Part shown: piece after piece, positions 23,901 through 36,700 of the stretch
How the letters are laid out: each line of letters starts with the position of its first letter
Numbering within the stretch: position 1 is the first letter of the stretch
From: Spirogloea muscicola
Taxonomy: Eukaryota
Length of the DNA stretch: 42,673 nucleotides
Direction: 5' to 3'
Assembly (NCBI GenBank): GCA_009602725.1
Contig: WELB01000013.1
Location: forward strand, 577,768 to 620,440
Notes under the pieces: model-generated
Told to the model about the DNA's origin: nothing
Database searches by the model: none
Seen by the model: the letters and a program-made list of their open reading frames with translations, nothing else
Made by a program: the position numbers and the translations under genes

Positions 23901-25625
23901 GCCCCGACTGTGCAAGCACAGCATGTGACCAGTGCAGTTGGTCAGTCTGCTGACGGTCTGCAATCTCGATCAAGTGCAAGCTCTAAACTCAGACTCTGAA
24001 AGAGGTGCATAACCCACGGGGGAGAAGCTCCGCATAGAGGACCAGCAGAGGTAAGACGGATACAGAGACAACACTCCTATATGAAAAGCAGAGGGACAAC
24101 CTGCACACGCGATGGTACCAGAAAATCTCTGGCCCCCTCTGGCGTCGACCTCGTGAGAATGGGTGTCTCTATCTGTGTGTGCAGTAGAGGCAATGCCGCG
24201 TAAGCAACACCATCAAGACTTTGACACATACGCAGGTTAACGGAGCGCCTTAAATGCGTAGACAGGGTTTGCAACCCACAAGGCTGGACACACCTCCACA
24301 AAGCCAAGGACGTCCTCAAGGTACCGCCGCAGCGCCTTGACAAGCTGGTGCCGCAGCCGCAAATTGCGGCTCATCTCCAACCGTCGCAGGTCCAAGTGGC
24401 GATACCTGCGCCGTGCGAGGTACAAAGCTCAGAGCTGAAGTAGGGCTGATGCCACGTGTGTGGAAGCCAAAACAGATCTGACATATTTATCAGGTTCAGC
24501 TGCAGCTGTGGTTCCGTATTATCAACGTTAAAAATGAACCCAAAGCATCAACCCTTCACTTTCCATGTTATGCCCGGAGCCCTGACCTCTTTCTGCAGCA
24601 GTGGCTTTGACATAGTAAAAAGAGTGCTAAATATGTGGATTTTGTGTTGTTGAGTTCTGCTAGCGAGTGTCCCTTGAAAGGAGGTGGGTGATGGTAAACA
24701 GCAGTGCACCTGAGGCGCACCTCCTCACGCACATGGTCCACCTCGCCCTCGGCAATGGTCACTGGGAATGGCAGCGCGCCACGGACCACATTTAGCAACT
24801 GCAACGACTCTGCCACAACCTGCAGAGACGCCCACAAGCCATCCCCACCTGCAGAACGCCTCAACACCAGCAGCTTTGTAGCGGACGTGGTGAGAGGCTA
24901 ACATAAGTGGACCGCTGAAGATCATATTTAAGGAAGGCCGCCGCACCTCAATTTCGCCTGTTGCCATGCGGGGGTTTGCAAGGCCTTCGGGCCGCAGCCG
25001 CACTGTGCCCTCGACTGCAACCACGTACTCGATGCGCACACGCTCCGCAGCGTCATGGACTGCCGGAAAGCCAACGGGGTCTGTCGTCACCTGTGGGCCC
25101 GCAGTGGCACAATGCAGGAGCTGAGGTCCACCAGGCACGTCAAGGCCGAGCAGGCAGTGGTCGCAGTTAGCGGCTAAGGGTTAGGGTTCAGGATTTGAGG
25201 TTTAGGTGTCAGAGTTTAGTTTTAGGGTTTAGGGTTTAGGGTGGGGGGTGGGCAAGGGGAGGACCTGCACGATGCCGGAGTCGTCCCGGAGGTTAACGAA
25301 GGCCACCCCGCCGTGGCTGCGCTGCGACGCCACCCAGCCGCACAGGCGGACGCGCGTGCCTGCGGCGGCAGCGCCCAGGTGGCCGCACTTGGCGGTGCGG
25401 CTGGCCCAGGCCATTGCCGGCTCCACGTCGGCAGCAGCAGCGGGCGCCGCGCCGCGGCTGCCTCGAGACGCGGCCCGGGGCGGCCCGGAGCGCACAGGCG
25501 ATGCGGGCGAAGCCGCCGCCGCCGCCGCCGCCGCTGCGGCGGCAGAGGCTGCCCGAGGATTGGCAGCTCCATGGCGACCGCAGCGCGACCCCTGCCGCCG
25601 CAGCTCGCAGCAGGCGGGCGCTCAT
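20915..25625 (-). CDS. aspS: Aspartate--tRNA ligase, bacterial-type (chloroplast/mitochondrial), 15 exons
   Basis: Exons: (5')-25265, 25090-24947, 24819-24710, 24405-24294, 24172-24101, 23907-23816, 23560-23440, 23175-23053, 22896-22701, 22505-22318, 22039-21968, 21807-21709, 21557-21477, 21347-21290, 21108-20915. Motifs [61 protein letters not shown] and [14 protein letters not shown]. The start codon is uncertain (see findings). Confidence 0.95.
25175..25241. repeat. Interstitial plant telomere-type (TTTAGGG) / telo-box cluster in AspRS intron 1
   Basis: Three perfect TTTAGGG (25221-25241) preceded by degenerate units. Confidence 0.85.
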
Positions 25626-25829
25626 GCTGGACTCCCCGCTCGCGTCGCAGAGCCGGGAGCTCGCCTGGACCCGCGAGGCGCTCGTCGCAAAATTCGGCAC
25701 TGACGACAGCGTGCTCTTGCGGCGGCGGCGGCGGCGATGGCGGCGGCGAGGGAGCTGTTGCTACTTCCGGGCCCTCCTCCTCCGGGCAAATACGCGAATG
25801 GATGGATCCGACGCGGCTGCTGCTGCCGG

Positions 25830-26075
25830 AGGCGGGTCAGCTATAGCTCAGCAGCAGGTGATGTACACCTGTCAAAGAGCTTGCCGTTGTACTTGGCCAT
25901 TCAGGCCCTTCGTTACTCAATACACACTCCATTCTTCCTGGTGCTGTGGAAGCCAGCCAGGTTCATTCAGAGGGTGTTCTTAACTACTTTATCCGGAGAG
26001 AGAAGGGGAAGCCTTTCCAGGAAGACTGAAGGCGAAAGGGGCGAGGCGATGGCCGTGAAAGGAATGAGCAGGGCA
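25830..26075 (+). mobile_element. Short element fragment (type I UTR) plus decayed ~70-bp units
   Basis: gcgggtcagc...gcagcaggtgatgtacacctgtc...gcttgccgttgtacttggccattcaggccc...atacac matches 416-503, 9484-9580 and 18845-18931. ggcgatggccgtgaaagg near 26045. Confidence 0.75.
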
Positions 26076-26811
26076 CTGCGAAGCATCAAGGCGCACATAT
26101 CAGGAAAGCTGGACGCTCAGATAAGGGCAGCTTGCTCGCAGCTAAGATGAGGTGCACATGGCAAGCACAGTTGGGCTCCATTGCTGCACGGGAAAATTGA
26201 TTTGCTTTGCGGGTACGTGTGAGGGCTTCCGTCGTGGAGATAGTACTTGCTGAGCTTATACCTGTTACTACCTATCTAGTGCAGAGTCTTTTGTCGTTAG
26301 GCATATGGTTGCAGTATGGCAGCCCAGTATCTCTTCCTCCTTGTTTCAGATGCCGTTATGTCCACAGCCAGACTCTGATAAGTATGACGTGGTGCTTGTG
26401 AAACAGCTACATTGCATAGTGTTCTGGTTGCACTATCACGCTGTTGCTTTTTGACGCTTTGACAACCTGCAACACAGTACTGGACGTATGCATGAAAGAA
26501 GGTATTTAGTGTGTGTGCAAGTCTCCGGCATTCAAGTTTCCGAGGTCGCCCTTGCCAAGCCCCAATCCAATTCTACAATGTTGATATGCTGGACAGGTGG
26601 TCATGCTTGGTCTTTTATCACCTTGCAAAGCACCTCAACTCGCCCAAAACACTCATGAACATTCAAGCACCGGATAATGCTCAAGCTCAACCCCAACTTG
26701 CCGATGGCAAGTGTAAACATGATAATAATACACGTTAATATACAAATAATCAGACAACAAGCTCGTCCTGACACAATTTTATATGAGTCATGAGCTGGAA
26801 CAGCTCTCATA

Positions 26812-29800
26812 TCAATTAACAGGAGCTGCAACTGGAAGGGGAGATGCAATACCATTGGCTCTATATGGCATTGGTGAAGAGATGGAGGCTATCTTTAGAT
26901 TGCCTTCCGTATCCTGCGTCCAGAATACCTCAACCATCAAACCAGCCGGATTTTCTGGTGATATTGAGTTTGGGACGGCAACGAGGCGGCATCCCAATGG
27001 GACCTGCAGGCAAAGGCATGGCAGAAATACTGAAGGCAGCTGCTTAAAGAAGAAGCAGGTATTGAGGCAAAGCAATACAGGTATATAGATATATATTAGA
27101 GAGTAAGTGCTTAGTTTAATCTAAGATATATCTAACTGCTGCTTTCAGTTACTGCTTTGCCTTGGTGATGCACAACTTACATGCAAGGTGGTGAAGTCAT
27201 TCATGTAAAAGTCCTCGAAGCGGGACTCCGATGATGTGTTCTCTAGTTCAGCTTCCTGGGCTATCTTCAGAAACACCTCCTCCAAAGTTGTAAGAGATAG
27301 CTGACAGTCACTCACACCCAACGTAACTCTCCTCTCCTGCAGGGCTGCGAAGAAGCTCTGCACAATGGATTTGAAGAAAATTCTTGGTCAGAGCATGAAT
27401 CCAGCTTGACAAGGTCTTGGAGAGACACTCGTGAGGGCGGTGTATTGCTGGGCTAGATAGCAACACATGAACATACAAGAAGCAACTTAGCAAAGAAAGA
27501 CGCTCACAGTAAGTCGCGGTTCAAGTTGTCTGGGAATGAGAAATCTGATGTAAGGCCCGGAGTTGCTCGTTGGCTCTATGCCCAATTGCTGCAGACACAC
27601 GCCACTCTGTCATGTTGCAGGCCTTGAAGACCAGGCTTTGTATACAAGACTCGCACATTCGTCATCCCTCTGAAGCTCCTCCACATTTAGGGGGGACGTA
27701 GCAAGTCTTCTGTGAGAGTTGTCAGCGTACTAGTACCCTGCAAAACTCAATCGACAATACTCACCTCCTTCACAAAGTCCTTCACAGCCACTGCCCGCTG
27801 GGCTTCAGCCGCAGCCTGGCCAGCCAAATCCGTGTCACTGCCAACCTTGCGAGGGCCAAGAGCCCGCACGGAGAGGTTGAGGATGTAGCCCGCCCCAAAC
27901 TTGGTCTTCAAGTGGATGGATGTCCCCAAGCATCTTACTCGCCCTCTGGCCATGATGGCAATCCTGTCGCCCAGGACGTCTGCCTCCTCCATGGAGTGTG
28001 TGGTAAGGACAACAGCTCGGCCCTTCTTAGCGGACTCGAGGATGTCCCACACATGCCGCCTTGTCACAGGGTCCATGCCAGTCGTCTGCTTGACACACGA
28101 TATGCCACACTATGGAGACCTGTCAGATTCACGTAATAAATAGCTTAGCTACTCTTATGCATGTAGGCTCTCGCAGGTCTGAGCATATTGGAGTGCCATG
28201 TCACTGATTGAGCAGTATGGAGGTAATCAACAAGCGCAGAAGAAGCGGACCGGCTCATCAAGAAAGACGATTTCAGGATCGCCTATCAATGCCACGGCAA
28301 CGCTAAGCCTACGCTTCATGCCCCCGCTGTAGCTCCCTGCTGGGACGTTGGCTGCCTCAGTCAATCGAACTCTTGACAGGAGGTCTTCTGTTTCCTGTTC
28401 AAAGAATAGTAGAGCAAGCTTGCAATCAGTTGCTTGAAGCACGTTGCCATACTAAAAATATCTGTCAATATTTTATGAGGCTTCCATAATAAGCAGATGG
28501 CTTGCGGGGGACCTAAGTAAGAACATACAAGATGAAGCTGGCTGCTGGGAAGGCCCTTTATGAGCGCAAAGAGTCTCAGGTGCTCCCGCCCTGAGAGGCT
28601 GTCCCACAGGATGTCAAACTGCAACATGCAGCCATGATGGGTCAGAGCATTCAAGCTGAGCACAGGCAGCGCAGACTATATTGGAGTGTTGGCGATGAAA
28701 TATTTTGAGGAAAATTACAGTCCTAAATAAGAGATCTCGAACATTACTTTGCAGAGGCCTTTGCCATCACCTACGAAGCTGGACTCAAGGACTTGGGCAG
28801 TGGTCAATCTGAGACAGTCTACCTGAGGGCAGACACCCATCTTGCTTCGAATGCGCGTCATGCCTGCAGGGCTCTTGATGGAGTCACCACACACCAAGGC
28901 TGGATGGGATGCCACCAGGTCACAGGAACTCAGAGATTGCTGTCTTACAAACTGACTAGGCTAGGCTGCATAGTGCAAATGTGCGCATCGTGGTTTATTG
29001 ATAAAACATTTCCCACAATTGACACATATTGCTCCAAGCAGTTGCAAATGGGCTTTCCCAAATGAAAAGAGTCCTTGCACAAGCTCTTGTAGACCACATG
29101 CTTGCAAATGTGTGTTAGGCTTTGTTAAGGCTGCCATTGTACAGCAATGACATTCGAAGAGGCCTCCTGGGCTGTACAACTAAAGGCTGAGATGCGGCAA
29201 CAGATTGAGGTCAGTCCGAGCTATGCAGGCAGTATCACAAGGAGGGGGCATTTGTTGATTAGGAGGGCTCACCATCGCCGCCTGTGGAGGGGATGATGCC
29301 CGTGAGGCAGTGAATGGTGGTGCTCTTGCCTGCGCCATTGGGCCCCAGCAGGCAGAAGAGCTTCCCTCGCTCCACATTGAACCAAGCCCCCTGCAAGGGG
29401 ACACCAGCTCAGAGCTCAGAGGAGCAGGGAGCTCAGAGGAGCTCAACTCCATGTCAGTTGCCTGCTGTTTAACCACGTGCACTGAAGGTGTAAAGTTATG
29501 AAATTGTTTCACCAACCTTGACGGCTTGGAAGGGCGGCAAGGCTCGATAGCGACAGCAGCCTGTGCGCTTGCGGGACCCAGCGAAGGTCTTCGCCAAGCC
29601 GCGGAGCTGCACAGCAACCGAGGGGTCAAGCGGTGCGCCGCGCCGAGCCTGCTCCTTTATGTTCTCCTCCTCCAGAGCCACGTCGGCGTCCACGTCAATC
29701 GCATCGACCTCAGCACCAGGCCTCGCTACTTGGCCTCTCCTGCCGCAGCAGCCGCAAGCCTTCCCTGCAAACTTGCACAAGCGCCCAGGGCTCATGAGGC

Positions 29801-32430
29801 AGCGCGCCTCGGCAGCAGGTTGGCGATGTCAGCGCATTGAGTCAAAGCAAAGGGTCGTGTAAGCAGAAAGAGCTCAGAGCATGACAGACCTTCTGTGGTA
29901 GCCCCGGAGCGGCCAAGCCAGTAATTTGGTGAGACAAAGAAGAGCCAGGGTCTGCGGACGCCACTGTCATTGGGGAATACGTTGTCGAAGTACAACGCCA
30001 GGACGACCCAGATGACGAACGTCACAATCAGCCACTTGTAGATCACCGACTGCGCACGAGTGGCACGAGCTGGAGTGATGACTCTGCCTGACATCACAAT
30101 ATCATTTAGCAGGCCAAAATGGTTTTGTATCAAATGGCAAAGCCTCCACCATGTCAAGACGAGTATGATGGACTGACCAAGGTGATCACGCACTGGTCGT
30201 CGCGAGGAGGGCACTGGTCAAAATTCGACCAGTTGGTACCAGGGTCCTGTGGCGTGGCGGTTGTGTCACCCAGGTACTTGAGCCCGATCGTCAGCAGGTT
30301 TGGTGGGAAGACCGACCACACCCACCACAACACATCCGCAAATTGCTTGTCGTACGGAAACCCAAACTGCGTGATGAGCTGAAAGGAGCAGAGCAGTCGA
30401 AGGAGCGGCCGATTGTCAGCTGTGAAATGCTCAGTAACACACCTGGTCTTTGCAATGGGAACCAGAGAGCAAGCTGACGCTGCATCGTAATAGAGCACCT
30501 CGGTGATGAAGCCAACAATGAAGATGCTGAATCCAAGGGTTGTCGCAGACGAGGACGCCTGCAGGAAGGCCGAAAGCATGAACGCAAACCCGATCTGCAT
30601 GCGACAGTGAGGGGCCCCTCAGGAGCATCAACACACAAACATCGGCTGCCAAGCTTCACAGCACCATCATGTTCAAAACTCTTCCAGTTGCATCCTCAAC
30701 GCAGTCCAACCACGGTTGCAATCCAGAGTCGTAGACAGAGAGCGCCAGACCCCAAGAAGGCAGAAACTCGGCGCTTTGATCAAACAGACGGGGGGCTTTG
30801 GCATGGACCATATTGAGACCGAAGAGGAAGAAGAAGATGTAGAGCACGCTGAAGTCGTTGTGGCGGAAGAAGTCGAACTGGAAGGCGAGGCCGAAGAGCA
30901 CGAGCAGCAGGGCCCACACGGCCGCCAGCACCGCCTCCCACAGCAGCCACGTCAGCCAGTAGGCTGACTGCAGCAGGCCCATTGTCGCCATCGCCTGTGC
31001 CACGAACATTGTCCACCACGCCCGCCGAGCCCGCAAGCACGTCAGTGCGCGCCGCTTGTCAGGAAGCTCAATGGCTGGGAAACTCAATGGCTGGCGTTCA
31101 GTGATGCTGGCACCACAGATTCATCGCTAAAGTCGTAAGCGGGCTGCTAATGCATGGAGGTGGAGGACTTGGGGACAGGGCACCCAAGTGGCAGCAGCAC
31201 CTGACGCAGGTGAAGTTCCTTCTCGCGTACAATTGCGCTGATCTGAATGACAAACCCAAACATGGCAGCAGCAAACAGGAAAGTTGGCCCGATGGTGGCC
31301 ACCTCCGAGAACGTGTCAATGGCCGGGTGCGCGAACTCGCGGAAGCTCGGTGCCCACACAATGGACCAATCTGTGCGAGGCACAGGCAGCATCGCCAACA
31401 TGAGCAGAAGCACAAGGGGGCTATCACAGTGCCATCACCCTGCTGCAGGCAGCCTCCATCTGCAACAGCACAGGGGCCGTACCTCTGGAGATGTAACGAG
31501 TGATCTCGCGCTCAGCGGCAGCCTGCAGTGGCAGCTGGAACTTGAAGTTGGGGTCTTGGAAGTTGCCGCGGTATGCTACAACTGTGGAGTTGCTTTGCAG
31601 CCCAAAGCCGATGCCACCATTGGCCAGCTCTCGCAGGTGCAGTGCAGCAGGTGCACGCAGCGTGTGAGCAGCCAGCCAGTCGTCCACGTCTGAGGGCGTC
31701 GCAAAGCCCAGGACCTTCATCAGGCGATGTCATTGCTGAGACATATTCAGGAGAGCTTGATTGTGAGCTAATGAAGTCCTACAAGTGGTAGCTAAGTCGG
31801 AGGGGGGGAGGAGGGAAGGGGGGGGTGGGAGAAAGCCTGGGAGAGGTGCTTGATGGTGGAGTGGCACGGAAGGAGAGGGAGGGAAGAGCAGAAGAGGGAG
31901 GAGAAAGGGGTACAGGGGAACCACAGCCAGTGGGCCGGACGAGCATAGCCATGCCAATCACCTTGGTCTGGAGGTCGATAGGCCGGCCATGGTTGTTGAG
32001 GGATATGTTGCGGACAAGCGAGGCGAGGAGCGCGGAGCCATTGCCACTCCAGAGGAAGTCATAGCAGGGCTTGCGGATGAAGTAGCCCTCCTCGCAGGCG
32101 GGAATGGGCGTCACGGCCTCGGGCCCGGGCGTGAAGAGGTTCTTGTAGCTGGTGTCGGTGGCGTTGTTGGCATCGATGGCCTTGCCGACCGCCCAGATGA
32201 GGAAGACGAAGAAGAGGGAGGAGCCCAGCTGGGAGCACCCGATCGGAGAGCGGAGACAAGGCCCAACGTCAGAGGAGGTGGAGGAGGGTGCCACTGAGCG
32301 TGGGAGCTGCGAGGATTGGCGGCCTCACCTGCAGCGCGGTGGAGGCCCGGTTGCGCCAGCTGAGCAGCGCGTTCTTGCCCAGCAGCGCGCGGCACTGCTG
32401 CAGGAACAGCGGCAGCCCGGCGGCGCGCAT
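26812..32430 (-). CDS. Half-size ABC transporter subfamily A, ABCA2/ATH1-like, about 17 exons
   Basis: N-terminus [28 protein letters not shown]. Walker [10 protein letters not shown] (exon 29390-29273), signature [10 protein letters not shown], Walker B IVFLDEP and [10 protein letters not shown]-terminal TTLEEVF and [16 protein letters not shown] resemble plant ABCA2. Stop at 26812-26814. Confidence 0.92.
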
Positions 32431-32944
32431 CGGAGCGGCGCCAGTGGTGAGTGGGAAGCGAGGAGCGCGACGGTGGCGGCGCCGCGAGCTCGCTCGCAAG
32501 GGACGGCCGCGCGGGCGCCTGACAGCCGGACCGATCGCTGGCCGGGGGGGGGGCCCCGTGTCTGTCACAGTGGTAACGACACAATGGTATCTCTCAGCCA
32601 CCTTAATTAGCATGGTACCTCGTTTCGCGTAGCCCCACTACTTGCAAAACCTTTTTGCCGTCACAGCCTCGGCTTCACTTGGCAACCCTTGCGGTTCGCA
32701 TGTCCGCCCGCCTTCCCAGCTCCCCCCCCGGCATGGGGCCGCGTCGGCCCGCCCGGCCGGGCGGCAGCTCGGGCGAAGGTTCCTGCCGGCGCCTACGCCC
32801 CGCGCGCTCCCGGGGGACCAGGCCCTCCCGCCGTCTCGCAGATGGGCGACGGGCCGAGCGGACGTTGGGCCAGCCACGAGGATCCCCCCCCCCTCCGCCT
32901 CCTCGGCAGCTTCTCTCCCACTTCCTCGCTGCCTCCCCCCCGGT

Positions 32945-33128
32945 GAGAGAAGGCGCGCGGGGCGCATGAATTGAAAGGGAGGCCAATTCAATTCAAGCCA
33001 ATACATTGTTCAGGCAGAGTCGAGTGCAGACTAAACAATGCTACATAATACGGAGACCTAATCTAAGGTACCTAAGATGACATTAGTACCCACGGGTGAG
33101 CACAAACAAATCTGACAAGCTAACTTGG
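32945..33128 (-). mobile_element. Element 3' fragment (ORF end QVSLSDLFVLTRGY*, type II UTR, terminal motif) in the divergent ABCA promoter
   Basis: The reverse complement reads ...gtgctcacccgtgggtactaa...gcactcgactctgcctgaacaatgtattggcttgaattgaattggcctccctttcaattcatgcgccccgcgcgccttctctc. Confidence 0.8.
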
Positions 33129-33701
33129 GGAGCTGGAGCGCCGCCACGAAAGCCNAGCCAGCCCAGTAAGGAAAAGTGGACGAGGCCCATCCGGCCGCGC
33201 CAGGGATCACCCCGGCAGCCTTCCCCGCCCTGCGTCTCCCCCGGCGGGCCCGCAGCAGCTTCGCGCCGGGCGCCGCGCCCGCGCCCCGAAGCGGCGCGGC
33301 AGCGCGTGCGCGGCTGCCGGGAGGCCGCGGAGCAGCGGCGCGGGCGGGGGCAGGGAGGGCCGGGAGAGCTTGGACAGCGGGGAGCGCGAGGAGCGAGGGA
33401 GGACGGGGGCGGGACGTCTGTACGGGCTGCGGAGCGCGACTGCGTCCGATGCGGCTGCGGAACTACGGATGATGCAGGAGCGACGGATGATGTAGTCGCG
33501 GTAAAGCGCGCGGAGGAGCCGGTGGTGCTGGACGAGCGGCTGCACAGCGGCGCCTGCTCCGTGCTCTCGCATGTGTCGACGAGCGGCCGTGTAGTAGGCG
33601 CGAGCCAAGATCTCCCCGCTTCCCCCTGGAAGCGGCCAGCTGGGAGCTGCTCCCACGGACTCTCAGCGGGAGCGCAGACGTGCGGACGCTGCCCAAGCAC
33701 T

Positions 33702-36700
33702 ATGGACGAGAGCCGGCTTGCAGCACGCCGCAATCAGCTGCGCAGCACGTTCGGCACACAGGCCAACGCGCTCACCCGCAAAAACCTCGCCTTCCAGGTG
33801 CCGCAGTGAACCCTTTTTGCTTCCTCCTATGTGCACCTCGCCAGGCCCAGTGCACGGATTCCTGAGCAGTGCGAGAGGGGTGGCAGTCGTGAGAATCACA
33901 AAGCCGATCCTCACGACTCCTGGCCCCGTCTTATATGCTGCTGACGTGCAGAAGCGGAACTGGAAGTCGAACTGCAGACTGGTCAGCGCGCCGATCATTC
34001 TGTGCCTCGTCCTGGCAATCATCCAGGCTGCTATCAACGGCCTGCTCAGCGGCTCTAAATACAAGGCGAGGATGATGATACTCCACCTTCTCTCCCTCCT
34101 TCCACGTCCCTCCTTCTCCCTTTCCCACTCTCTCCCACAACAGTGCCGTGTTTTCAGCTATCTTTCCATTATTGGACCTTCCATCCTCGCTCATTCTCCT
34201 CTGGTCCCTCTCATTGCGCTGGCCCCTCACACCTTTCAAGCTGTGGATATCACTTTGTGACGTCGGGCGCAGTGCGGCTGCAAGTGCGTGGAGTACGACT
34301 CGAGTAACCCCAGCAAGTGCATTGACAAGCGGTGCGGCCTTGAGGTGGGCACCCGCCCTTGGTCGACTCCTTGGGCAGCAGCACAAGAGGTCTCCTCTCG
34401 CTTGGTGCTTTCGAGCGAGTGCGGCACGAGGGCTGGCAGCTGACAGGTCACCCTCCTCGTTCTCTGTCCTCCAGTACTCAGACAACGACCAGGTGGCTTA
34501 CTGCGGCGTGCCGCACCCGACGGAGTGGCCTGCAGTGCAGCAGGTGGCGCAGCCGAAGTATCGCGCCGCCGAGACGCCAGCTGACGACCCTTTCCCATAC
34601 CCTGGTTACCCACCGTCAAGCTGCCGCAGCAGCAGCAATGCCGCGAGCGAATGTCCGGCCACGCTGCTCTACACCGGGGCCAATCGCACTACTGCCGACG
34701 GTGAGTGCTGGTGCTGCTCGCCCGCCCTTGGCTGCTGCCTCTGCCGGATTAGTCGGCGCCTGAACCAGCAGCCATCTGCGGGGCCTGCAGCTCTTGCAGG
34801 CCACTTGCTTCAAGATCCAGCGGGGCTCGCGACCCTGGTACAGGCAGCGGCCAACAACAGTGACGACCTGCAGCTCTTGCTGGCCCAGCTGATCCCAGTG
34901 AGCCCTCCACCAAACAACCTCTACTCCCAACCCCCTTCTCACAGCTGTGGCGTGGCCACAGCTGTAACTGATGCAAGCTCCCCCAGACAGCGGTGGTCGG
35001 TCACAGGCTTACACTACCGCTGTCGCTGTCGATGCCGCTTGCCGCGTGCAGGCATCGGGCACGTATCCGTGGTCAACGCTGTACTACGAGTCGGCAATCA
35101 CAGCGTACGGATTTCAGGGGGGCTCACCTTTGTACGTGCTGCGGCACACGTGTGCCGGCCTGCGCAGCGGCGTCAACATCACCATTCCCATCGTTGGAAA
35201 TATTACTGCCGGCATTTGTGCGTGTGCCAATCTTGACCCCTGCCGAGGCACCCACTGGCTCGCACGCTCCATCCACCACAGTACTGGTTACTGCTCAGCC
35301 TCTGTTATCGTCGCGTGCTCTGCAGTCTTGCAGTGCTTGGAGGGCCTGGCGCTGTGGCGCAGCTCGGCAGCCGAAATCAATCGCGAGTTGTATGCGGGGT
35401 ACTACAAAGCGAACGTGCCGCACCTCATTGATGAGGTTTCTGTTGGTGAGCTGCGAGCCCGTCCCCCTTCATCCTTGGCGGGATCTCCTAGAGCTTCACG
35501 GGTGTTCTTGAGTGACTCATGGGTCCATGCCTGCCGATCGTCTATTGCAGCATATGACTTCCAGGACACTGCGCCTGGGCGCTTTGCCATCAGCGTGCAG
35601 TACAACGAGACATTTGCAAACAAGTCAAGCGGTGGGGCGCCCAACAACTTGCGCCTACCTCGTGCACTCAATCTGGTCCGTGCAATGACCCAAGCTTGCT
35701 CAAGAGTGTCCGTGTTGACCAACAAGTCTGCGTAAAGGAAACAGCAAAGATTGAGTGGAAGCAGAGTCAGAGTCTGGTGCATGCAAAAGCGGCTGTGCCT
35801 TCAGCAGCAGCAATCTCCTGGCTGCTGCGAATGGGGACTGTGCAGGCAACAAATGCGTTCGCACGGCTGGTGAATGGCGCGGCGGCGTCTGTGCCCCTGC
35901 TATTTGTCAAGGAGATGCCTAAGCCGTCGACAAAGCTGCGCCTTGACTTCTCCTCCCTCCTCGGCCCCCTTTTCTACATGTGGATCCTGCAGCTCCTCTT
36001 TCCTGTATAATCCTGCACTCTTGTGGACTTAATGGCTGCATGTTGTCGTACACCTACTTTCTACTACATTTGCCTGCATTTTATTGTACTCATACCGAGG
36101 CATACAAGACTGGATCTCTTTATTAACCAGCACCTCATATTGTGCAACAAAGGTGATGGTAGGCCTGCTCGTGTACGAGCGGCAGAAGCACTTGCGCATC
36201 ATGATGAAGATGCATGGCCTTGGCGATAAGTCCTACTGGCTGGTCTCGTACCTGTACTTCCTTGTCATCTCCTGCACCTACATCGCCTTTCTCATTCTTT
36301 TTGGATCCCTTGTTGGTATGCTTCCCTCTATGCAAAACGCTCCATCTGTGTTCCATACTACGATGGACCGCTGTCTTCTGCATTGCACACATCCAAGTCC
36401 AAATGAATGTGCCATGCATTGTGCACATTGCAAATCATTAGAAGTAATTTCTCCACATTGTCTCCAACTCTCCTCAGCCCTGTAAGTTGTTGCCACAGAG
36501 GAAGGTGACCCCGGTCTTTTGACAGTTGTGTCTCTTTACAAGGACTATCTGTGACCCCCCTCAGCTGCTTTCACAGGCCTCAAATTCTTCCGCAAGAACG
36601 ACTACGCGCTACAGATTCTCTTTTACTTTGTGTTTGCCAATTTTCAAATTGCCTTCAGCTTCTTCGCCTCTTCATTCTTCAGCAATGAGAAGACCGCCAC

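Noticed and set aside
29405..29445. Short tandem agctcagag repeats in an ABCA intron
   Set aside because: This is local slippage with no further copies or structure.
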